Source: an uncultured Nitrospinota bacterium (GTDB taxonomy: Bacteria; Tectomicrobia; Entotheonellia; J063; CAVPRW01). From it: DNA of 64,000 nt. The notes under the pieces were generated by a model that made no database searches, was not told the DNA's origin, and worked only from the letters and a program-made list of their open reading frames with translations. Positions 31,755 to 42,938 of the stretch are shown here, in pieces; positions within the stretch are counted from its first letter, which is position 1; every line of letters begins with the position of its first letter. The stretch is from the NCBI GenBank assembly GCA_963707985.1, contig CAVPRW010000027.1:128001-192000 (forward strand). Direction: 5' to 3'. A program made the translations under genes and the position numbers.

Positions 31755-31957
31755 GCGGGCTCCAGCCACTCATGAGGGTGTACAGGCCAAGGGCAAACAG
31801 GGGTAGACACCCCCCTTGGGCCGGCGTCAATCCAGTGTAGGTGGCATCGCCAAGGTGTAGACAATCCAGGCAGAAACGGACGACGGGATAACTTGTGGCG
31901 GGCAACGCAACGACGAAGTCGTCGAAGCATTTCCGGTGGCGGATCGCCAGCGTGATG
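31755..31957 (-). pseudogene. Degenerate second copy of the 3' end of the Lgt-like gene at 23266-24135
   Basis: TLAIRHRKCFDDFVVALPATSYPVVRFCLDCLHLGDATYTGLTPAQGGCLPLFALG aligns without gaps to TLAMRRRRRFDGFVVAVTATTYALVRFGLDFLRVGDTTYAALTLAQWGCLPLFALG. Confidence 0.85.
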
Positions 31958-32072
31958 ATGGAGGGATACGCTGACGCGGTCGGTGCCACCGGAGAAGGTC
32001 GGCGTCATTCCCCACTGAGGTCAAGGAGGTTGTGACGTGATTTGCGGGGAGGCCTGGTGACTGGGGGATGGC

Positions 32073-33512
32073 TCAGGCGTGCGGCCGTCCTGGAAGCGGT
32101 TGGCGGCGCCGGAGGCGTTTATTCAGCGCCTGGCGCGACATCCCCAGCAGGCCAGCGGCCACGCCCTGATTGCCGGCGGCCTGCTGCAGGGCGGCGGCCA
32201 TCAGGGCCTCTTCAGCCTCGTGCAAGGTGGGGAGGGGCGCTTGGTCCCACGCCTGCCGGGCGGGCAGCGCCGGGGCGGCCAACGGCTCCCTAGCCAGCAG
32301 AGGACGCGATGCCCCGATCGCTTCCTTGAAGGCCTGCAGCGCGAGACTCCCGCCCTGATGGCGGGCCACGGCGTCAAAGACCATGGCTTCCAACTCGCGC
32401 ACGTTGCCTGGGAAGGCGTAGGTGTTGAGGAGCTGGTAGAGGGCCAGCGGCGGGATGGGGACAGGCTTGTGCAGTGCCGCGGCCGCTTTGGCCAGACAGT
32501 GGTTGACCAGGAGCGCGATGTCTTCCCGGCGGGCCCGCAACGGCGGGATCTCGAGATGATGGGCCCGCAAACGGTAATAGAGGTCCTTGCGAAACGTGCC
32601 CGTGTGCACGTCCTGCACCACGTCACGGTTGGTGGCCACCACCACGCGGGCCCGACTCTGCCGCGGGTGGTCTGCCCCGAGGGGATAGTAGGTGCCCTCT
32701 TGCAGGAGGCGCAGTAGTTTGACCTGGGAGACCGCCGCCAGGTCGCCAATCTCGTCCAGAAACAGGGTGCCCTCCTCCGCATGGGTGATCAAGCCATCGC
32801 GCGGCCGGTCGGCCCCGGTAAACGCTCCCCGCGCATGCCCAAACAGCGTGTCGGAAAACACCTGATCGTCGAGACCAGCCACATTGACCGCCACAAAGTC
32901 CCCGCGGGGTGCAGCGAGCCGATGCACGGCCCGCGCCATCAGCTCCTTGCCCGTCCCCGTTTCTCCGGTGATGAGCACCGGCTGCGGCGACCGGGCAATG
33001 GCTTCGACATAGCGAAAGAGCGCGTGCATGGTCTGGTTCTGGGTGACAATCTCCGCAAAGGCGTCGGGCTGGTGCGGTGTGTCACTGAGCAGGCGCTCCT
33101 TGAGCGATACCACCTCCTCCCGCAGGGCACGTAGCTCCAGGGCGCGTCGCACGGACGACACCAGACGGTTCTTGTCCACCGGTTTCACCAGGTAGTCGAG
33201 GGCGCCAGTCTGCATACACTGGACCGCCGTCTCCAGGTCATGCGTGGCCGTCATGACGATGGCGGGTATGTCCGGGTAGGTCGCGGTGATCTGCTCCAGG
33301 AGCGCCTGACCCGACAGGTACGGCATGGTCAGGTCGAGCACCACCACCCCGATGGTGTTTTCTGCCAACTGGGACAAGACCAGACGGCTGTCGTCCAGGG
33401 TGAGGACGGGCGTCATCCCCGCGGCGCGGAGGAGCAGACTCGCACTGCGGAGCAAGGATGGCTCATCGTCCACTAACAGGACAGGATGCTGGGAGACGGC
33501 TGGGGTCGGCAT
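32073..33512 (-). CDS. sigma54-dependent response regulator (NtrC/AtoC family)
   Basis: REC (LLVDDE, LDLTMP), [22 protein letters not shown], Fis HTH. Confidence 0.95.
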   Translation of the reverse strand: MPTPAVSQHPVLLVDDEPSLLRSASLLLRAAGMTPVLTLDDSRLVLSQLAENTIGVVVLDLTMPYLSGQALLEQITATYPDIPAIVMTATHDLETAVQCMQTGALDYLVKPVDKNRLVSSVRRALELRALREEVVSLKERLLSDTPHQPDAFAEIVTQNQTMHALFRYVEAIARSPQPVLITGETGTGKELMARAVHRLAAPRGDFVAVNVAGLDDQVFSDTLFGHARGAFTGADRPRDGLITHAEEGTLFLDEIGDLAAVSQVKLLRLLQEGTYYPLGADHPRQSRARVVVATNRDVVQDVHTGTFRKDLYYRLRAHHLEIPPLRARREDIALLVNHCLAKAAAALHKPVPIPPLALYQLLNTYAFPGNVRELEAMVFDAVARHQGGSLALQAFKEAIGASRPLLAREPLAAPALPARQAWDQAPLPTLHEAEEALMAAALQQAAGNQGVAAGLLGMSRQALNKRLRRRQPLPGRPHA

Positions 33513-33746
33513 ACGCTACCTCGATTCAGCGCGGCAGGCTACCGCCGCAAACAGGATGGGATTGGCAACAGGCAGGGTGACGCACGCACATGTGCCGTGC
33601 ACCTCCTACCTGAGAGAAACATACCCCCAGCCAGAGACTCCTGCCTGAGATGGAGCGAAGATTTACCTAAGATCTTGCGAAGATTTTGGTACAATCTTGC
33701 GGAGAGCGAAGACCGCACCGCGCGACTGCCATGGGAGGATGGGACT

Positions 33747-36481
33747 ATGCAGGAGACTCGCGTGCTAGAGTTCGTGCCTTTTCGCCTCGACCTGGGTGCC
33801 GAGCGCCTGTGGCGGGACGTCCAGGCGGTGCCGCTGACGGCCAAAGCCTTTGCGGTGCTGCGCTACCTCGTGATCCATGCAGGCCGCCTTGTCACCAGAG
33901 ACGAACTCTTCGAGGCCGTGTGGGCGTCTGCCCGTCGTGAGTGACGCCGCCCTCACTGTGTGCATTGGCGAGATTCGCCGTGCGTTGGGGGACACCGCGC
34001 GAACGCCACAGTTTCTGGAAACCGTGCGTGGGCGGGGCTATCGGTTCTGTGCCCCCGTACGGGTTGCACCCGCCACCCTGGGGTGGCCCGCCGGGGGCGC
34101 TTTGCCTGGGCCTGTCCGCCAGCCAGAGCTCCTGGTGGGACGGGAGGCGGAGCTGGCCCAGCTGCAGCAGTGGTGGGCGGAGACACAACAGGGAGTGCGG
34201 CACATCGTCATGGTCACCGGGGAGACGGGAATTGGCAAGACCACCCTGGTGGATGTCTTTGTGGCACAGGTGACGGCCACGGCGGAAGCGTGGCTGGGGC
34301 AGGGGCAGTGCATTGAGCAATACGGCACGGGCGAAGCGTATCTCCCGCTGCTGGAAGCCTTAGGGCACGTTGAGCAGGGCCCGGAGGGAGCGCGCCTGGT
34401 GGAGCTGTTACGCCAGCAGGCGCCGAGTTGGCTGCTGCAGATGCCGTCCCTGGTGCCGGAAGGGGAATACGAGACACTCCAGCGACGGGGGGGTGGGGTC
34501 ACACGTGAGCGGATGCTGCGAGAGTTGACGGAGGCGGTGGAGGTGCTCACGGCGGTGCGGCCGCTGCTGCTGGTGCTGGAAGATCTGCACTGGAGTGATG
34601 CGGCAACCCTGGACTGGCTGGCGTATATCGCCCGGCGCCGCCAGGCGGCGCGACTCCTGGTGCTGGGCACGTATCGGCCCATGGAGGCGATGGTGCACGG
34701 GCATTCGGTGTACCCGGTCACCCAGGACCTACTGCTGCATGGCCAGGGGGCGAAGCTGGTCGTGGGGTATTTACCCGTCACCGCCGTGCGCATGTATGTA
34801 GCCCAGCGCTTCGGGATGCCGTCCCTACCGGAGGGCCTCGCCGAGATCCTGCACCAGCGGACCAGTGGGAATCCCCTGTTTTTGGTCACCGTGGTCGACG
34901 AGTTGGTGCGGCAGGGGGTGGTCCGCAAGGGACCCGAAGGTTGGACTCTCAACGGTGGGTTGGCTGCGGTGGCGGGGTTGGTACCGGAGCGCTTGCGGCA
35001 GCTCATCGAGCGCCAGGGCGCCCAGCTGCCCCCGGCAGAGCAGCGGCTGCTGGAAGCGGCGAGTGTGGTAGGGGTGGAGTTCACGACTGTGACGGTGGCG
35101 GCCGGGCTCGGGAGCGACGGGGATGAAGTCGAAGAGGGCTGTGCCCGGCTGGCGCGGCGCGAGCAGTTTCTGCGGGCGGCGGGGAACAGACTCGGATTGT
35201 GGCGGCAGTCCTGGCAGAACATTTTGAGAGGGGGGGGGACCATGTGCGGGCCGTGCAGTATCTCCGGCAGGCTGCGCAGAACGCCCTGCGTCGCTCTGCC
35301 CACCGCGAGGCTGTGCAGTATTACGATCGCGCCCTGCAGACGCTTGAACACCTCCCGCAGCCGCACGACGCCCGCGCGCAGGCCATCGATCTACATCTGG
35401 AGCTGCGCAATGCGCTGATACCGCTGGGAGACTATGCCCGCATCCTGGCCCACCTGCAGGAAGCCGAACGCCTCTCACACGCGCTGCCCGATCAACCCCG
35501 GCTGGGACTGATCACCTCGTATATGACGCATCATTTCTTCCAATTGGGTGAGCTCGATCAGGCGCTCGCCTATGGCCAGCGTGCCTTGGCCGCGGCCGGC
35601 GACGATCTCACGGTGCAAATCCCGACACAGTTGTATCTGGGCTATGCGTATCATGCGCGGGGGGACTATCCCCAGGCCATTGAGATGCTTGGCAAGAATA
35701 TGGCCTGCCTCGCTGGGGCGCGGCAGTATGACCATTTTGCCTCGCGCCCCTCCCCATCGTGTCCTCTGGCTCGAGGTTGGCCGTCTGTTGTGCTGAGTTG
35801 GGCGAGTTTCCGCAGGGCCTTGCCTATGGAGAAGAGGCGCTGCAGATTGCTGAGGCGGCTGGTCATACGGTCAGCCTGATCCAAGCCTGTCGCGGTCTTG
35901 GCGTGCTCTATCTCCAGAGAGGTGACTTTGCGCAGGCCATCCCGCTGCTGGAGCGCAGCCTAGCCCTGTCGCGGGACGCCGGCCTGGCCTTTGAGCTGCA
36001 TGTGGCGGCTTCCTCCCTGGGGTCTGCCTATGCGGGCTCAGGACGCCTGACGGAGGCCCTACCGCTCCTGGAGCAGGCTGTAGAGCAGGCGACGTCCATG
36101 GCACGGGTCGTCCAGCAGTCCCTCTGGCTCGTCAGGCTGGGCGAGGGGTATCCGCTCGCCGGTCGCCAGCAAGATGTGCTGCCGCTGGCGCAGAGGGCTC
36201 TTGGCCTGGCCCGCACCCACAAGGAACGTGGCGCAGAGGCGTGGGCCTTACGGCTCCGCGGAGCGCTCGCGGCCTCCGGGGCTGCCTCGGATGTGGCGGA
36301 GGCGGAAACCTACTATCGGCAGGCTATGACGCGAGCCCGTGACCTCGGGATGCGTCCACTCCTGGCCCATGCTACTCTCGGGTTAGGCACACTGTACCAT
36401 CACGCGGGCAGGGCGTGGAGGCGCACGCATGCTCTCCACGGCTCTCGCCCTGTTTGCCGCGATGGGGATGACCTCCTGTGA
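33747..36481 (+). pseudogene. Winged-helix + AAA ATPase + TPR transcriptional regulator (frameshifts near 33930, 35190, 35750)
   Basis: Trans_reg_C (LTAKAFAVL...ETVRGRGYRF), GETGIGKTT, LEDLHWSD, GNPLF, TPR tail. Confidence 0.85.
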
Positions 36482-36603
36482 CGTCCAAACCTGACGATGC
36501 CCGAGAATGTGTCGGCAAGGATTGCCCAGCGAGCCATGTGACATGGAATCCCTGGCCAATACTCTAAAGGTTGGCATCTTGCCGGGAAGACCTGTCGCTG
36601 GCG

Positions 36604-37374
36604 CTATAGGTCCCTGGAGACTCGGCTGACCCGATCGTTCCAGATGCCGTCCCGCTGGGGCGCTCTTCCCCGCAGCACATCCTGAAAGTGAGACAGGGTA
36701 TGCAGCGCGGGGCGGTTGGTCATTTCGTCAATGAGCTCGTCCGGAATGCTGGGATGTTCCCGTCCCATGGCGCAGTATGCGTAATAATTCATTCGAGCTT
36801 GCTCTTCGAGCTGGAGCATGGCGGTGACCGATTGCGCTAAACTGTCGCCCGTCGTCACGGCCCCATGTCCCTGGAGGATGATCACGCTCCCGTCTCCTAA
36901 GAGCTGCGCCACTTCCATACCTTCTTCGTCGCTCTGAATCGTCTTGACATGGGGATAAACCGGCAACGGGTGTTGGACCAGGTGAATCCCCTCCTGACAC
37001 ATCGGCACCAGGGGAATGCCCAGAACACTCAGCAACACAATGAGTCGGGGATGGACATGTACCACCGACTGCACGTCCGGCCGGGTTTTATAGATGCACG
37101 AGTGAATTTTGACTTCCGAGCACTGGGTGATCCCGGGCGGCCCGTCGACCAGAAAGCCTTCTGTGTCGCACACGACCATATCCTCGGCACGCATGACGGC
37201 CAACGCGTCCAGAGCGTATTGACGACCTTTGACCACAAAGCATTCAGGCTGGGAGGGCACCCGCAGGCTGGCATGCCCTAGAGCCGAGGTGACCCCGCTT
37301 GCCAGTCCGACGTCGGAGAGGACGCGGTTGGCCTGAGCGACCTGCAACTTGATCTCCTCCAGTTCGTTAGCCAT
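36604..37374 (-). CDS. Class II aldolase/adducin family protein
   Basis: GHASLR, SEVKIHSCIYKTRPDVQSVVHVHP, ILQGHGAV. Confidence 0.92.
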   Translation of the reverse strand: MANELEEIKLQVAQANRVLSDVGLASGVTSALGHASLRVPSQPECFVVKGRQYALDALAVMRAEDMVVCDTEGFLVDGPPGITQCSEVKIHSCIYKTRPDVQSVVHVHPRLIVLLSVLGIPLVPMCQEGIHLVQHPLPVYPHVKTIQSDEEGMEVAQLLGDGSVIILQGHGAVTTGDSLAQSVTAMLQLEEQARMNYYAYCAMGREHPSIPDELIDEMTNRPALHTLSHFQDVLRGRAPQRDGIWNDRVSRVSRDL

Positions 37375-37428
37375 ATGGCACCTTTCTGTCACAAGGATCG
37401 ACCGCAGCTCTGGGGCACGTGTTGCTGC

Positions 37429-39228
37429 TCATGCTAGAGGGTTTTCCTCAGCGGCGTAGGTGCCGGCGATGTAGCCCTGGGCCGTGCAGCGGCCCAGCCC
37501 ATGTTGGTTGAACCCACCCGCGGATTCACCCCCGCAATAGAGGCCTGGAATCACCTGACCCTGCAGATCCAGCACCTGGCACTTGGCATTGATGCGCAGA
37601 CCGGCGCGCGTGTCATGCACCAGTGGTGTGGCCCAGGCGGCATAGTACGGTGGCGTCTGGATCTTATACTGTGGGGTGGGCTTGCCGAAATCCGCATCCA
37701 CCCCAGCATCGACAAAGTGGTTATAGCGCGCTACCGTCGCCTCCAGGGTAGCGCCGTCCATGGGCCTGGCCTGATAGGGATTGGTGATAGCAGCGGCCAG
37801 CGCCGTAAGAGTGTTGGCCTGGAACCAGTAGCCGTCCGGATCGACGTAGGGTGGGGTGACCTGCCAGCCCTCACGGGCCACCGTATCCGCATCAAATATC
37901 GCCCAGACGGGGCCCGCCGCATAGTCGGGTGCCGCCGAGGCCTCATTCATCGCAGCGGCTGCGTTAAAGTAATTGTAGGGGGTGGGATCGTAGGTGACAC
38001 GGGCGATATTGCGGTAGTCTCCCGGCGTGTACGGCTGGAGGTCGTTGTAGACATTGCCATGGGGGTAGTCGCCCTTGCTCTCATCGTAAAAGCGCTGACC
38101 CAGCTGGTTGACCAGGATGAGGTCCTGCCAGTTCTTGACCGCGAGGCCGGTCGCCCGTACGAGAGGGAAGATGGGGCAGTTCACATCCCACACGAAATAG
38201 TTGTACCGCGTCCCCATGGCATGGTGCGATCGAATGGTTGCGCCATTTTCCAGCATCTGGTTCCCCAGACCCCAGAGGGAGGCGCCAATGGTCATGGCCG
38301 CCAGCTCGCCGCTAGCGTCCTGGTAGGTATAGGGTTCGCCGCCCACCTGATAAACCTCGGTCAAGCGCGGATCGAACATGCGCCGGAAGTGCACATTACT
38401 GGTGTTACCCCCAGTGGCAAGGATGACGGCTTTGGTGGCACGGATGGCGACGCGCGGTTGGGTGAGGTCGAGGTTACCATCGGCGCGGTAGCTCTGCAGC
38501 GGTTCCGTCTCGCCGGGTAGGATACGTGGCGTATACGTCGCGGTGAGGCCGACCACCCGGCCGGGGTGGCCCTCAACGGACGCTGGCCGTACGAGGCGCG
38601 CCATTTTATAGTTCAGGAGAAACTTGACACCTTTGGCCCGGGCGCTGGCCTCCAATGCCCGGATCAACCCCGCGCCACCGCGGCCACTGGGGCTTCCGAG
38701 CCCGGCGCCGTCGGTCCAGAAGGCATGGTTCTCGCGCGGCGCCGAGTTGCCCGTGTTGTGCGCCCCGGCATTATCTGGAGGGACCTCTTTAAACTTGACG
38801 CCATTGGAAACGAGAAATTCATACGTGGCGGCGCAATGATCGGCGAAGGCTCGAATGACGGCGCGATCATTATACCGGTAATCTGGCCAGCCATTGGGCT
38901 GGACGATAGACCAATCGGTCAGATCGGCGAAGACGGTCTCCGGCGAATCCTCGATGCCATATTTTTTCTGCGCACTCGTGCCGCCGCCCAGCGGGACATT
39001 TCCGCCGCTCACGATCGCATGCCCGCCGACATCGTAGTTGGCTTCGACCACGATCACCGACGCCCCCGCATCCGCGGCCCGAATCGCCGCGGGCAGCCCG
39101 GTGGCTCCAGCGCCAATAATCACCACATCCGCTTCCAGGTCCCAACTAGCGGGCATGGGGCCAATACCCGCACCTAAGGCACCCAAACCGAAGATTTCAG
39201 TCCCACCGTCGTCTGCACCTGTCGCCAT
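37429..39228 (-). CDS. FAD-dependent oxidoreductase (fumarate reductase flavoprotein/3-ketosteroid dehydrogenase-like)
   Basis: DVVIIGAGATG, VILATGG, GLRINAKCQVLD, PGLYCGGE. Confidence 0.9.
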   Translation of the reverse strand: MATGADDGGTEIFGLGALGAGIGPMPASWDLEADVVIIGAGATGLPAAIRAADAGASVIVVEANYDVGGHAIVSGGNVPLGGGTSAQKKYGIEDSPETVFADLTDWSIVQPNGWPDYRYNDRAVIRAFADHCAATYEFLVSNGVKFKEVPPDNAGAHNTGNSAPRENHAFWTDGAGLGSPSGRGGAGLIRALEASARAKGVKFLLNYKMARLVRPASVEGHPGRVVGLTATYTPRILPGETEPLQSYRADGNLDLTQPRVAIRATKAVILATGGNTSNVHFRRMFDPRLTEVYQVGGEPYTYQDASGELAAMTIGASLWGLGNQMLENGATIRSHHAMGTRYNYFVWDVNCPIFPLVRATGLAVKNWQDLILVNQLGQRFYDESKGDYPHGNVYNDLQPYTPGDYRNIARVTYDPTPYNYFNAAAAMNEASAAPDYAAGPVWAIFDADTVAREGWQVTPPYVDPDGYWFQANTLTALAAAITNPYQARPMDGATLEATVARYNHFVDAGVDADFGKPTPQYKIQTPPYYAAWATPLVHDTRAGLRINAKCQVLDLQGQVIPGLYCGGESAGGFNQHGLGRCTAQGYIAGTYAAEENPLA

Positions 39229-39528
39229 GGTCTCATCTCTCCTTGAGCTACCATTGTTCGGAGGAAACGCCCTGAGTCGGCTATACGTCTGGTACCACTT
39301 GCTTGCTGGAAAATCCCTCGCCATCAAGCTGATCTGCATACCGGAAAGACAATACTGGGGTTCTTGACCCTATGCCATAAAAAGGGGTACGATAGTGGAA
39401 CATTTTCCAAGCATGTTGCGTGGAATCGATTCCACAAAGTTCTGTCCGTACCTCAAACAGGGGCGGAGTGGCCTCTGCCGGAAACCGGCAGGCGCGAGCG
39501 TAACGCCCCAGCCTGGAGGAGCGACACG

Positions 39529-39804
39529 ATGGCCATCACACGAGTTCGCGGAACATACTATGGTATGCCGGTAATCTTTCATCAGGAGGATGGGCAAACG
39601 GTGAGGATCACTCCAGGGCGCTTCTGTCCGGCATGCCATAACTCGGCCTATCTCGATGTGGATGAGGGGTTCCGTGAATGTCGCAGTTGTAGCCGCTGCT
39701 ATTATCTACCCAGCCAAAGGCAGATCGATGCAGCCTCTCAAAAAGCTGCTCTCGAAAACAGCGCGCAAGTTGCTTCCACAAGTAACGTCGGCGGCGAGGA
39801 TTGA
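39529..39804 (+). CDS. Small zinc-ribbon protein
   Basis: CPACH...CRSC pairs; GGAGGAG RBS. Confidence 0.65.
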   Translation: MAITRVRGTYYGMPVIFHQEDGQTVRITPGRFCPACHNSAYLDVDEGFRECRSCSRCYYLPSQRQIDAASQKAALENSAQVASTSNVGGED

Positions 39805-39922
39805 GGCGCTCACCACAACGGACATAAGAAAGATTTCTCAGAGCAACTTCCCAATCCCACGCCCCCCTTCGACAACAGGGGGGCGAACGGACTCCATCGA
39901 TGCAGGCCACGCCACGCAGATG

Positions 39923-41596
39923 TTAGGACGGGGTCCAGGCCCGAGGCGCTATGCCGTTGATGTCCGACACCACATCCACCACCGCCGGCTTGCCGGAGGC
40001 TATGGCCTTGTCCAGGGCGCCTTGAATCTCGCCGGGGTGGTGCACCCGAATACCAAAGCCGCCCATATCCTCGGCGAGCTTGGCAAAGTTGGTATCCGGA
40101 AACACCCAGAGCTCCTCCACGTTCCCCGGCTCGCCGCCATAGTAACGCTCATTGCCCCGCTTTTCCTGATTCAGGGAGTGGTTGTTGTTGACGATGGTCA
40201 CGGTGTTGATGCCATACCGCACCGCCGTCTCCAACTCCCCGAAATGGTACCAGAAGCCACCGTCGCCGGTGAAGCACACCACAGGCCGATCGGGCAAGGC
40301 GCATTTGACCCCCAGCGCGGCGGGGAACGCCCACCCGAGTGACCCAGCACAGCGGAGGAACCGCTGGTTGGGGTCCTTGGCGTCCACCATCGTGCCGGTC
40401 CAAATACCGGAATGGCCCGTATCGGTCACCAACACCGCATCACTGGGTAGCCACGCGGTGAGCTCCGTGCACAGGCGCTCCGGGCGGGTGGGTGAGGTAT
40501 CGGAGTGGGCCAACGGCGCCACCTCCTCGCGCCAGGCGTGTACCAGCTCCTGCACGCGGGCGAGCCAGTCGTTCCTGGGTGCGCTCGCTTCCGCCGCCTC
40601 GATCATCCTGCGCAGCGCGGCCTTGGCGTCTCCCTGCAAGCCGGCCTGAATCGGGTAGCTGCGTCCCAGCTCCGCAGGATCGATGTCCAGCTGGATGACC
40701 GTGGTGCCCGTGCGCGGGATCTGCCACTCCGTCGTCACCTGACTGCCGGTGTGGCTGCCGATGAAGAACACCAGGTCCGCTTCCGACACCACCCGGTTGG
40801 CGCACCACCGGGAGTATGTACCACAAACGCCCACCGACAGGGGATGATGATCCGGAATGGTACCTTTCGCGTTCAGCGAGGTCGCGACCGGAATGGACAG
40901 TCGCTCGGCCAACTCCACGACTTCGCGCTGCGCTTGCGAGGATGCTACGCCGCCGCCAGCGACGATGACCGGCCGCCTGGCCCCAGCCAGGATGCGCAAG
41001 GCATCTTGAACCATAGCCATTTCGGGCTCGCTGCGGAAGGGCGGCACGTGAGTGAAAGGCTCCTCCACCACCAAGTCCAGGTCCGCTTCGGCGTCCATGA
41101 TCACGTTGCCTGTGGTCCCTTGCAAATCTAAATGAACCGGCCCGGGCGCGCCCGACGTGGCCGACCGAAAGGCTTGGCGCAGCAGTAGGGGCAACTGCGC
41201 CGCGCTGTCCACGATGACATTGTACTTGGTGACGGCCGCGAAGGGTTGTATATGGTCGATTTCCTGATAGTGGTGGCGGTATTGCTGCATCGGCGTCCCG
41301 CGGCCGGTCAGGGCGATGACGGGCGACCCGGCCAGGTACGCGTCCTGGAGCCCAGCTGCCAGGTTGGCGGCACCGACGTTCTGGGCCATGCAGACCCCGG
41401 CCCGATGGGCGGCTCGGGCGTACCCGTCGGCCATATAGGCGGCGGCCTTCTCACCGTGGGTCATGATGCGGCGTATACCCACCTTCTCCATCTCGACCAG
41501 TGCCCTGGTCACCACCATAGGCATATAGAAGGTATGCGTCACCCCGTAGGCCTTCATCATGTCGACCATGAACTTGGCTCCGGTCATCCGTGGCAT
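39923..41596 (-). CDS. Thiamine pyrophosphate-binding protein (acetolactate synthase-like family)
   Basis: HGEKAAAYMADGYAR, PGPVHLDL, GDGG...NN TPP motif. Confidence 0.93.
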   Translation of the reverse strand: MPRMTGAKFMVDMMKAYGVTHTFYMPMVVTRALVEMEKVGIRRIMTHGEKAAAYMADGYARAAHRAGVCMAQNVGAANLAAGLQDAYLAGSPVIALTGRGTPMQQYRHHYQEIDHIQPFAAVTKYNVIVDSAAQLPLLLRQAFRSATSGAPGPVHLDLQGTTGNVIMDAEADLDLVVEEPFTHVPPFRSEPEMAMVQDALRILAGARRPVIVAGGGVASSQAQREVVELAERLSIPVATSLNAKGTIPDHHPLSVGVCGTYSRWCANRVVSEADLVFFIGSHTGSQVTTEWQIPRTGTTVIQLDIDPAELGRSYPIQAGLQGDAKAALRRMIEAAEASAPRNDWLARVQELVHAWREEVAPLAHSDTSPTRPERLCTELTAWLPSDAVLVTDTGHSGIWTGTMVDAKDPNQRFLRCAGSLGWAFPAALGVKCALPDRPVVCFTGDGGFWYHFGELETAVRYGINTVTIVNNNHSLNQEKRGNERYYGGEPGNVEELWVFPDTNFAKLAEDMGGFGIRVHHPGEIQGALDKAIASGKPAVVDVVSDINGIAPRAWTPS

Positions 41597-41951
41597 AAAG
41601 TGCCCTCCCTTGATAAGTGTGATCGGTTCGCCCGCTCCGGATGGGCGGGTACATGCCATCCGCAGATGCTCCCCCTGGCCGCACCATCCTGGTGCGTCCC
41701 CCAATCCCCTTGCCGGCGCATCATACGCCTGGCCTAGCGAGATGGCAAGTCTGCGCTGCAACCTACACACGATGTCTCATATGGCCTAACACGGATAACC
41801 CGAGAGCACATTCCTTTGACAGCGTGCCCCATCCCGATTACACTCGCCCTCGGCTCCAGGGAAGTTTTCGTCTGCGGGAGAAATATACTCAGTTCTCTAG
41901 TCATTATCATAGGGTAGCTCCGGTGCAAACGTTGGAAGGGGGGAGAGCGAC

Positions 41952-42893
41952 ATGTCCATCTTGGTCATCGGCGGTACGGGATTTATTGGTCCACGCGTCA
42001 TCAAGCGTCTGGCAGCACGAGGCGAAGACATCTTTTGCATGGATATCAACCCAGGGGCGGCAGCGTTTGCCGGTCTGGAGGATCAGGTGACGGTCATGCG
42101 GGGCGACGTGACGCAGTTTGAGGATGTCATGCGTGTGGCGATCGAGACCAAGCCAGACCGGCTGCTCAATCTCTCCTACCTCCTGGGCGGCGGCGAAGGC
42201 AACCCCCACCATCAGCTGCGGCTGAATATTCTGGGGATGGATAACTGCTTTGAGGTGGCGCGGCTGTGTGGTATTCGGCGGGTGGTCTATGCCAGCTCGG
42301 TGGCGGTCAGCGGGCTCCAACGTCATTTTGGCGAACGCCTGGTGAACGAAGACGACCCGAAATTCGGCACCAGCCAGTACGCCATGCACAAGATCTTCAA
42401 CGAGTTCCAGGCCGCGCAGTACATCAAGAACTATGGAATGTCGATTACCGGCGTCCGTCCGGCGAACGTCACTGGCCCCGATAAGGTGCGCGGTTCGACG
42501 GATCATGTCCAACTGATCACCTTGCCCGCCCAGGGCCAGCCCGTCCGCATGCCTGGGAAATCTTTCATGCGCCTGCCAATCCACGTCGAGGACATCGCCG
42601 AAGTCTTCGTGCGCGTGCTGTTGGCCGATGCGCCTCGCCATCCCATCTACAACTCGGGAGGCATCCCCATCAGCCTCGGCGAACTGGCCGATATCGTGCG
42701 GGACTTCATTCCCGAGGCCCAGATCACGTTCGAGAGCGACGGTGGGCTTGAGGATTCAGGCACATATCTGGTGGATAACAGTCGTTTGCGTCAGGAGTTC
42801 GATGTCGAGTATCCGCCGTTTCGCACGCGGGTGCTGGAGATCATCAACGATGTCCGCCGCCAGGAAGGGCTGCCGCTGGTCGAGGTACGCTGA
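41952..42893 (+). CDS. NAD-dependent epimerase/dehydratase
   Basis: GGTGFIG, YAMHK (YxxxK). Confidence 0.9.
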   Translation: MSILVIGGTGFIGPRVIKRLAARGEDIFCMDINPGAAAFAGLEDQVTVMRGDVTQFEDVMRVAIETKPDRLLNLSYLLGGGEGNPHHQLRLNILGMDNCFEVARLCGIRRVVYASSVAVSGLQRHFGERLVNEDDPKFGTSQYAMHKIFNEFQAAQYIKNYGMSITGVRPANVTGPDKVRGSTDHVQLITLPAQGQPVRMPGKSFMRLPIHVEDIAEVFVRVLLADAPRHPIYNSGGIPISLGELADIVRDFIPEAQITFESDGGLEDSGTYLVDNSRLRQEFDVEYPPFRTRVLEIINDVRRQEGLPLVEVR

Positions 42894-42938
42894 GGGCAGT
42901 GAGTGGGCCATACCGAACCAGCTTTGAGGAGGGAAACC

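Larger units (their letters stand above)
31101..32037. repeat. Inverted repeats (31-bp core, extending imperfectly to ~41 bp) bracketing ~0.9 kb of gene debris
   Basis: TCCTTGACCTCAGTGGGGAATGATACCGACC (31111-31141) versus rc of 31997-32027, 29/31 identical. Confidence 0.8.
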
